Part shown: positions 1-6,247 of the stretch, one piece after another | Layout of the letters: each line of letters opens with the position of its first letter | Position numbering within the stretch: position 1 is the stretch's first letter | DNA from: Polyangiales bacterium | GTDB lineage: Bacteria > Myxococcota_A > Polyangia > Polyangiales > Ga0077539 | Assembly: GCA_044229975.1 (NCBI GenBank) | Contig: JBGARZ010000004.1 | Coordinates: 128,001 to 192,000, forward strand | Direction of reading: 5' to 3' | DNA: 64,000 nucleotides | Program-made: the position numbers and the translations under genes | Notes under the pieces: model-generated | The model's database searches: none | The model's input: the letters and a program-made list of their open reading frames with translations, nothing else | Told to the model about the DNA's origin: nothing

Positions 1-556
1 GCACGATGTGTTCGGGCATCTCCTCGAAGCGGAAGATGTTGCCCATCGAGGAGGGGTTGGCCGACGAGCCGACGAAGCACCAGCCCTCGCTGAGCGCGCG
101 GGAGACGAGGCGCTCGAAGAAGCCGCCGCAGCGCATGAACACCGCGATGGTTCCGCGGGTGACGGCGTGCGAGCGGACCCACGGGTCCATGCGCTGCAAC
201 ATCGGCGACTCGGCGCGAACGGGGAAGACCGCGGCACAGGTGGAGTAGTTGAGCACGCGCTGGAGCAGGGCCCGCTCCTCGGGCGTGACGATGGCGACCT
301 CATCGAGCAGGTCCCAGTTGCCGGCGAACACGCAGGGGTTGCTGTCGGGGCGCCCCTTGAGCTCGTACATCTTCTGGATCGCCGCCGAGGAGGTTCCGAG
401 CAGCCCGTACCCGATGTCGCCCTTCGCGAGGAGGAGGCCGCCGTCGCGGAGGCAGTTGAGCGCGCGGGTCTCCTCGTCGACGGTCCACGCGGGGGCGGGG
501 ACGAGGCTCAGGCGGCTGCTGCGGGGGGCGGTATCGAGGGTCGGGGTGAGGTTCAT
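1..556 (-). CDS. Divergent Sua5/YrdC/YwlC (TsaC-like) family protein, 3' end runs off the window
   Basis: Manual translation from ATG at 556 with an AAGGAG RBS upstream: ...LLLAKGDIGYGLLGTSSAAIQKMYELKGRPDSNPCV...FVGSSANPSS. This resembles the YrdC motifs YGL, KxR and SAN. Absent from the ORF track because it has no stop inside the window. Confidence 0.7.
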   Translation of the reverse strand, partial: MNLTPTLDTAPRSSRLSLVPAPAWTVDEETRALNCLRDGGLLLAKGDIGYGLLGTSSAAIQKMYELKGRPDSNPCVFAGNWDLLDEVAIVTPEERALLQRVLNYSTCAAVFPVRAESPMLQRMDPWVRSHAVTRGTIAVFMRCGGFFERLVSRALSEGWCFVGSSANPSSMGNIFRFEEMPEHIV

Positions 557-859
557 GATCGGGCTCCTTGTTGGGGTGGTGGAGCCTCTTTTTCATTGCT
601 CATGCCAGGGCCCGAATCGGCTGCGAAACAAGGGTATCCGGTGCTGTGGCGGACGGCGTGTGATGCACGGTGTCGGCTCCAATCGGTGACACGAGGGAGC
701 CGTGTGTCAGTGGCACTGACCTGGTTGTCTCGTCCAAGGGTTCTGCGGCGCGCACGCACCGCCGTAGAGGGCATGGGCGCCGCGCGCTCGGTTGGGCATC
801 CCCCTCGTCGCGGGCATTGGGCTACGGTGAGCGCCTCCGTGAAGAAGCTCTGGTCGTCC

Positions 860-1237
860 ATGTCCCCGCGGGTTCGTCAGTTGATCGCCGCCGCCGTGCT
901 GGTGCTGGGCGTCGTGGTGGTGGGCCGCGAGCTCGGTGGTCGTGCCCCGCGTGACGTGACGCTGCGGGCCGACCTCGGCGGGCTCGCGCGGCAGGGCTTC
1001 GTGGCGCGCACGCTGCGCGTCGAGCTGCTCGACGTCGACGGCACGACGCTGCGGCGCATCGAGCGACGGGCCGACCCGGGCGGGGCGCTCGACGTGGTGC
1101 GGGCGCCGCTGTCGCTGCCGACGGGCCGCTGGCGCACGCGGGTGGAGGTCGCGGGCGACGCGCGGGTGCTGAGCCGCGAGGTCACCATCGAGGTCGAGGC
1201 GGGGCACACGGTCGACGTGCCGCTGCCGGAGCTGTAG
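860..1237 (+). CDS. Hypothetical membrane-anchored protein (alternative GTG start at 827)
   Basis: C-terminal part of ORF 8..1237. Hydrophobic N-terminal helix LIAAAVLVLGVVVV, GC3-rich codons, followed by a hairpin. Confidence 0.6.
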   Translation: MSPRVRQLIAAAVLVLGVVVVGRELGGRAPRDVTLRADLGGLARQGFVARTLRVELLDVDGTTLRRIERRADPGGALDVVRAPLSLPTGRWRTRVEVAGDARVLSREVTIEVEAGHTVDVPLPEL

Positions 1238-1243
1238 GGGCCG

Positions 1244-1274
1244 CGCTTCGACCCACCGCCAGTGGGTCGAAGCG
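1244..1274. terminator. Hairpin between convergent genes, probable terminator
   Basis: Perfect 13-bp inverted repeat CGCTTCGACCCAC / GTGGGTCGAAGCG with a 5-nt loop. Confidence 0.65.
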
Positions 1275-1296
1275 AAAGGCTATGGGCCCGTCGGTG

Positions 1297-1596
1297 CTAC
1301 CGGCAGCGCCCGCCGCGGCACTCCTGGCCAGCCCCGCAGCGCATCCCGCATCGCCCGCAGTGGGCTTCGTCCTCGCGCAGGTCGACGCACTTCCCACCGC
1401 ACCGCACCGTCTCGCGCGGGCACACCCCGCCATCCACCGCCGCGTCCACCGCCGCGTCCACCGCCGCGTCCGCCGCCGCGTCCACCGCCGCGCCCACGTC
1501 CATGCCTGCGTCCGTGCCCGCGTCGGGCGTCCAGTGGCCTTCCTTCAGCTCCGAGCACCCGATCAGCGACACCGCAGCCACCAGCCACCGAGTCAC
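1297..1596 (-). CDS. Small Cys-rich lipoprotein (myxobacterial CVDLxxDxxHCGxCG repeat)
   Basis: GTG start, lipobox-like VSLIGC, DAAV linker repeats, C-terminal CGGKCVDLREDEAHCGRCGMRC. Confidence 0.7.
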   Translation of the reverse strand: MTRWLVAAVSLIGCSELKEGHWTPDAGTDAGMDVGAAVDAAADAAVDAAVDAAVDGGVCPRETVRCGGKCVDLREDEAHCGRCGMRCGAGQECRGGRCR

Positions 1597-1598
1597 CC

Positions 1599-2522
1599 TC
1601 AAAACCACCCCACGCACGCGACGCCCACGGTGCCCGGTCCGGCGCCGCAGGACACCCGCGCGCTCGCCCCGTCGCGCCTCGACGGCGCCGCCACGAACAT
1701 CACCACCGCCGCCACGCCCAGCACCCCGCCCGCGATGAGCCCCGCCATCGACACGTCGCCCAGCGTCCCCGCCAGCTCGCGGTCGTCGCGACACGTCGGC
1801 GTCTCCGCCGCGAGCGGCGCCGACGTCCCCAGGCATCGTCCGTTGTAGCGACCCACCGTCGACTCGTGCAGCGCGAAGGTCACCGCCGCGCCCACCAGCA
1901 GCGCCGCGCCCACGCCGGCGCTCGTCCACGCCAGCGCGCGCAGCGTCCCACCGCGCGCAGTGGGCGTCGTCACCGCGAGCCTCGGCGCGAGCTGCACCGC
2001 CTCGCGCGTCACCCCGGTGGGCCTGACCGTGAGCTCGCGCACCATCGGGTCGTAGCCCGGCGCGCTCACCTCCAACCGCACCGCGCCGCTCGGCACCCGC
2101 ACCGGCGCCGCCATCGGAACCACCCCCACCAACGACCCGTTGATCAGCACCTGCGCGCCCGCCGGTCGACCGCGCACCTCCACCGCGCCGAACTGCCGCT
2201 CGATGGCCGCGAGCAGGCCCCGCAGCGCCGCGCGGTGGCGCTGGATCCACGGGTCACTGGACTCCAGCGCCTCGCGCAGATGGACGTGCGCCTCCACCCA
2301 GCGGCCGAGGGCGTGCTCGGCCATCGCGATCTGCGCGCGCGCCCGCGGGCTGTGCGTCTCCTCCCACGCCTCGCGGAAGATCGTCAGCGCCTCCTCGTCG
2401 CGCCCGGCCTCCCGCAGCGTCACGCCCCGCTCCATCATCGCGTCGATGCGGGACACCTGCGCCGCCGCGGGCGTCGCGAGCGCCATCCACGCCGCCGCGA
2501 TGGTGGCCGCGACGACCTTCAT
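1599..2522 (-). CDS. TPR + PEGA domain protein with C-terminal TM helices
   Basis: Signal peptide, TPR-like helices, PEGA-like PAGAQVLINGSLVG...LEVSAPGY, two hydrophobic C-terminal segments. Confidence 0.8.
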   Translation of the reverse strand: MKVVAATIAAAWMALATPAAAQVSRIDAMMERGVTLREAGRDEEALTIFREAWEETHSPRARAQIAMAEHALGRWVEAHVHLREALESSDPWIQRHRAALRGLLAAIERQFGAVEVRGRPAGAQVLINGSLVGVVPMAAPVRVPSGAVRLEVSAPGYDPMVRELTVRPTGVTREAVQLAPRLAVTTPTARGGTLRALAWTSAGVGAALLVGAAVTFALHESTVGRYNGRCLGTSAPLAAETPTCRDDRELAGTLGDVSMAGLIAGGVLGVAAVVMFVAAPSRRDGASARVSCGAGPGTVGVACVGWF

Positions 2523-2528
2523 GGTGCT

Positions 2529-3950
2529 TCAGCGCAGGATGAGAACATCACGTCGAGGCGGCCTTCGTGGGGCCGCGCCGACCGGAGCGGTAGTGCGCGC
2601 GACGAGCGGTCGGCGCACGGGCACCGGGCGCGCAACGGCCACCGCGACCGGCGCCGCGACGACGGGCACGGGCGCCTCCACGACGACCGCGGGCGCGGGC
2701 GGCGGTGCGACGACCACCGGGCGAGCGAGCGGGCGGGGTGACGGGGCGGCGGCCGGGGCGCGCGGGACGAGCACCCACGCGGCGGCGACGGACAGCGCGA
2801 CGAGCGCGGCGGCGACCCAGCGGGTGCGATGGGGCGACGCGACGACGGCGGTCGCGGGTGCATCGACCGGGCGGGCGGCGTCGCTGAGCGTCGACGTGAT
2901 GCGCGGGCGCGACGGAGGGACCGTCGGCAACGGCTGGTCGAGGGTGACGGCCCCGCGCGGAGACGTCGTCGCCGCGGGGGGCAGGGGCAGGGGGTGTGAG
3001 GGCACGAACGACCGCAGCGTGTCGCCCGTGGAGTGCGGGGCGAACTCCGAGCGCCAGAGGGAGCGCGCCGCCTCGCTGGCGAAGGGGAGCAGCGCTGCGC
3101 CGAGGGCGTGCACCGAGGGGAAGCGGTGCGCCGGGGTGCGGGCGAGGGCGCGCAGGACGACCTCCTCGAAGCCCGGCGGAATGCCAGGGCGCAGCGATCG
3201 CGGCGGGGGGATGGGCGCCCGCACGATGGCTTCGAGCAGCTCGAAGAGCCCGTCGCACTCGAAGGGGACGCGCCCCGTCACGCCCTCGTAGAGCACCACG
3301 CCGAGGGCGTACTGATCGCTGAGCATGGAGGCGTTGCGGCTGTTGACCGCCTGCTCGGGCGACAGGTAGAGGGGCGTCCCGAGGAGCACGGACCCGCTGG
3401 TGAGGGAGGTGTCCTCGTCGAGGAGCCGGGCCACGCCGAAGTCGAGCACCTTGGGCTTCACCGCGCCGTCGGGGGACGCCGTGAGGAAGACGTTTTCGGG
3501 CTTGAGGTCGCGGTGGATGATGCCCTCGGCGTGGGCGGCCCCGACCGCCGCGATGACCGGGAGCATGAGGTCGGTGAAGCGCTCGATGGGGAGAGCGCCC
3601 TCGCGCTGCATGAGGGCGGAGAGGTCTTCGCCGGCGAGGTACTCCATCGCGAGCCAGGCGACGCCCCCTTCGACGCCGCTGTCGAGGATCTCGACCGCGT
3701 GCGGGTGCTTCACCCTCGACGCCGCCCGTCCCTCGCGCAGGAAGCGCTCGCGCGCGGTGGGCCCGTCGACCCGCGCGTGGAGCACCTTCACCGCGACGCG
3801 CGTGCCCAGGTCGGCGCGCACCGCCTCGAAGACGAGCCCCATGCCCCCGCGGCCGATGCGCCGGACGAGGCGGTACGGCCCGAAGCTCGACCCGATGTCG
3901 AAGCCACCATCGTCCGCCTCGGGGGCGCCGTCGGTCGTGGTCTCGTTCAT
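2529..3950 (-). CDS. Membrane Ser/Thr protein kinase
   Basis: GRGGMG, VAVKVL, HRDLKPEN, DFG, GTPLYLSPEQ motifs; TM helix near the C-terminus. Confidence 0.93.
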   Translation of the reverse strand: MNETTTDGAPEADDGGFDIGSSFGPYRLVRRIGRGGMGLVFEAVRADLGTRVAVKVLHARVDGPTARERFLREGRAASRVKHPHAVEILDSGVEGGVAWLAMEYLAGEDLSALMQREGALPIERFTDLMLPVIAAVGAAHAEGIIHRDLKPENVFLTASPDGAVKPKVLDFGVARLLDEDTSLTSGSVLLGTPLYLSPEQAVNSRNASMLSDQYALGVVLYEGVTGRVPFECDGLFELLEAIVRAPIPPPRSLRPGIPPGFEEVVLRALARTPAHRFPSVHALGAALLPFASEAARSLWRSEFAPHSTGDTLRSFVPSHPLPLPPAATTSPRGAVTLDQPLPTVPPSRPRITSTLSDAARPVDAPATAVVASPHRTRWVAAALVALSVAAAWVLVPRAPAAAPSPRPLARPVVVAPPPAPAVVVEAPVPVVAAPVAVAVARPVPVRRPLVARTTAPVGAAPRRPPRRDVLILR

Positions 3951-4047
3951 GGCCGTTACCGACAACATCGCGAAACCCGCCGCGGCGTCAATGCCACCAC
4001 GGAAGAAACACCTTGTGGGTATACCTCCGGAAATAGCGGCTTTCGTG

Positions 4048-4196
4048 CGTGCCGCGGGTTGAAAACCCACGGCAACGATGGGGATGCTTCGGCATGACCC
4101 GAAGTCCGCGGCGGACTCTCAACAGGAGTCCGTTGCGGATTTCGAATGCCTTGCCCCAAGAGAACATCGTTGCCGTGGGATTCATCCCGCGGCACG
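4048..4196. repeat. REP/REPIN-like nested palindrome (family A)
   Basis: Outer arms CGTGCCGCGGGTTGAAAACCCACGGCAACGATG / CATCGTTGCCGTGGGATTCATCCCGCGGCACG; inner IR GAAGTCCGCGGCGGACTC / GAGTCCGTTGCGGATTTC. Confidence 0.75.
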
Positions 4197-4218
4197 GACG
4201 GTCGGATGAGATATCGAT

Positions 4219-4292
4219 TGATCGCGGCGGGAGTCGAACCCGCAAGCCCCGGGTTTTGAATCCAGGAGGTCTGCCCATTGCCTCACACGATC
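4219..4292 (-). tRNA. tRNA-Leu(CAA), short variable loop
   Basis: GATCGTG-TG-AGG CAATGGGCAGA CCT-C-CTGGA TTCAAAA CCCGG-GGCTT-GCGGG TTCGACT CCCGC-CGCGATC-A. Discriminator A73, no encoded CCA. Confidence 0.85.
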
Positions 4293-4301
4293 AGAGAGGA
4301 G

Positions 4302-4375
4302 TCCCCACACCCGGAATTGAACCGGGAAGCTCCTGCACCTCAAGCAGGCGAGTCTGCCAATTCCTCTATGCGGGG
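4302..4375 (-). tRNA. tRNA-Leu(GAG), short variable loop
   Basis: CCCCGCA-TA-GAG GAATTGGCAGA CTC-G-CCTGC TTGAGGT GCAGG-AGCTT-CCCGG TTCAATT CCGGG-TGTGGGG-A. Confidence 0.85.
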
Positions 4376-4377
4376 GG

Positions 4378-4538
4378 AGAGTGCGTCGAGACCCTCTTCT
4401 CATCGAACTCGCTTCAGATCCACGTCGCCCGGCGGCGTCCGTCCTCCCTTGCGTAGCAGGGGCTACGCGCGGTCGAACGTCCTTGCCGAGCTCGTGTCTC
4501 TTCGCGATTTCGACGAGAAGAGGGCCTCGACGCACTCT
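4378..4538 (-). ncRNA. Putative structured RNA (long rod-like hairpin) filling the tRNA spacer
   Basis: ~35-bp terminal stem AGAGTGCGTCGAGGCCCTCTTCTCGTCGAAATCGC / GCGAGTTCGATGAGAAGAGGGTCTCGACGCACTCT. Two mismatches are G-U pairs only on the minus strand. Apical hairpin GCGTAGC/GCTACGC. Confidence 0.45.
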
Positions 4539-4539
4539 A

Positions 4540-4612
4540 TGCCCAGGGAGGGACTCGAACCCTCAAACTCCGGGGTCTGAAGCCGGCGTGTCTACCATTC
4601 CACTACCCGGGC
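4540..4612 (-). tRNA. tRNA-Leu(CAG), short variable loop
   Basis: GCCCGGG-TA-GTG GAATGGTAGA CAC-G-CCGGC TTCAGAC CCCGG-AGTTT-GAGGG TTCGAGT CCCTC-CCTGGGC-A. C31-C39 mismatch and A37. Confidence 0.85.
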
Positions 4613-4651
4613 GGGCGTTGGTCGCCGGGATTGGAGGAGCGTCGCTTCAGG

Positions 4652-4723
4652 TCACAAGCGAACGACCGCCATCCCGGCGCCGGTAAGGCTTGGTGCGCGC
4701 AGGATGTTGGCGGTGGTCGACAT
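4652..4723 (-). CDS. Putative leader peptide MSTTANILRAPSLTGAGMAVVRL
   Basis: ATG 9 nt downstream of the -10 box. Leu codons are CTG, CTT and TTG. The stop lies in the loop of a hairpin (4623-4679) just before the first tRNA. Confidence 0.4.
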   Translation of the reverse strand: MSTTANILRAPSLTGAGMAVVRL

Positions 4724-4732
4724 GACTCGCGG

Positions 4733-4768
4733 GTTGTACGCGGACTCCCTATTGGCGTCAAGGGAGTC
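4733..4768 (-). promoter_or_regulatory. Sigma70-type promoter of the tRNA-Leu unit with an overlapping palindrome
   Basis: TTGACG (4761-4756), 17-nt spacer, TACAAC (4738-4733). IR GACTCCCT-N10-AGGGAGTC at 4743-4768. Confidence 0.65.
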
Positions 4769-4828
4769 GGCAATAAAATGTTGATGGGACACTGAAGTGG
4801 TGTGAGCGAGGTCGGATGAAGCCGCCCG

Positions 4829-5236
4829 CTACGCCCGCGCGCGGCGCTTCGGGGGGACGGGGTAGAGCGCTTCGAGCTGCTGGTTCTGGCGGAGGCCGAT
4901 GGCCTCGCGCTGGATGAGCAGGTGCTCACGCCGCAGCAGGGCCTCCTCGCGCTGCGCGTTGAACGACTCCACCAGCGCGGGGTAGTCCGGCGGCAGCGGG
5001 AGCTTCGCCTCGGCCTCGTCGAGCTCGCGGCTGAGCACCTCGCAGCGGAGGAGCGCGACGTTGATGCGGTCCTCGGCGCGGCCGAGGGAGGAGGCCATCT
5101 CCTGGAGCATCTCGTACTCCAGCGACGACTGGCCGGTGGCGATCTGCATCCGCCGCTGGAGCCGGTCGAGGAAGGTGCTGCGGAAGCCCTTCTGTTGGAG
5201 GGACTCGATCATCGGTCGCCAGGTGCTGTCGTCCAT
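4829..5236 (-). CDS. Small helical hypothetical protein (DUF6665-like)
   Basis: LEYEMLQEMASSLGRA...LLIQREAIGLR...YPVP pattern, recalled as DUF6665-like; GC3-rich codons. Confidence 0.6.
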   Translation of the reverse strand: MDDSTWRPMIESLQQKGFRSTFLDRLQRRMQIATGQSSLEYEMLQEMASSLGRAEDRINVALLRCEVLSRELDEAEAKLPLPPDYPALVESFNAQREEALLRREHLLIQREAIGLRQNQQLEALYPVPPKRRARA

Positions 5237-5336
5237 CGCACCGCAAAGTCTGGGGTGCGGGGCGCCGCGGGCAAGTGCTCGAACGATCGGGGCGCGCTTG
5301 CGCGCGGAGGCCATCGTCCCTTACACGGGCGCATCC

Positions 5337-6200
5337 ATGCTGGTTACTTCGTCGCAGGCGGTACGGTCTCTGGTGGTGCGGCTCAACAAGGGGGAAGACC
5401 TCGGCGAGTCGCTGGCTTCGCTCATCGGCTCGCAGCGCATCACCGTCGCCACGGTGACGGGCCACGGGGTGTTGGAGGCGGTGATCCTCGACGCCTACGA
5501 CGCGCGGTCGCGGGCCTACTCCGACGCGCGCACCTTCACCGGTCGCCTTGAGCTCATCTCCCTCACCGGGCACCTCTCCACGCGCGAGGGGCACCCCGAC
5601 CTCTACCTGCACGCCGCCGTCGCGCGCGACACCGGCAACGGCGTCGAGGTGCTGGGCGGCCGGCTCATCGAAGCGCAGGTCATCGCCGTCGAGCTCACGC
5701 TCCTGCTCCACGACGACCTCTCTCTCGAACGCTCCCCCGAAGCCACCGGCATCCCCACCTGGCGCGTTGGTTCGGGCTCCGCGCCGGCCCCTGCGCCGCG
5801 GCCCGCGCCCACCATCGCTCCGGCCCCCGTCGTCGACGCCGCCAAGCCCCGGCGCATCCCCGCCTCCGAGCGCGTCGAGACCGCCGCTGCCCCGCGCCGC
5901 CCGACGGCCGCGCCGCCCACGACGCTGGCCGAGGCCGCCCAGCAGCTCCAGGCGATGCCCGCCAAGCAGGAGCGCGCCGTCGACGAGACGGTGCTGCCCG
6001 AGATGTCCGTGGGCGACATCGTCGAGCACCCGACCTTCGGCGACGCCCGCGTGGTCGGCGTGCAGGAAGACCGCTGCGACATCCGCCTCGATCGCAGCGG
6101 GTCGGTGCGCACCATCATGCTCGACTACCTCGACGTGACGCCGCTCCCCGACCGCGACGGAACGCGGGCCTGGCGCCTCAACCCCCGCAAGCCCCGCTGA
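5337..6200 (+). CDS. PPC/DUF296 domain protein with a C-terminal Tudor/KOW-like domain
   Basis: VRLNKGEDL, ELISLTG, LHAAV, GGRL motifs; Pro-rich linker; C-terminal VGDIVEHPTFGDARVV. Confidence 0.8.
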   Translation: MLVTSSQAVRSLVVRLNKGEDLGESLASLIGSQRITVATVTGHGVLEAVILDAYDARSRAYSDARTFTGRLELISLTGHLSTREGHPDLYLHAAVARDTGNGVEVLGGRLIEAQVIAVELTLLLHDDLSLERSPEATGIPTWRVGSGSAPAPAPRPAPTIAPAPVVDAAKPRRIPASERVETAAAPRRPTAAPPTTLAEAAQQLQAMPAKQERAVDETVLPEMSVGDIVEHPTFGDARVVGVQEDRCDIRLDRSGSVRTIMLDYLDVTPLPDRDGTRAWRLNPRKPR

Positions 6201-6247
6201 CGGGTTCGTTGATCGGGCGCACCGAACCGTGATTGCCTCCGCGGTCG

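Noticed and set aside
4378..4538. 6S RNA or Y-RNA/tRNA-like assignment for the spacer hairpin
   Set aside because: I cannot see a 6S-type large central bubble or consensus, and the GTTCGA inside lacks a T-stem. Left unassigned.
4219..4612. tRNA as integration site of a prophage or island
   Set aside because: No integrase, and I saw no duplicated tRNA 3' end elsewhere in the window.
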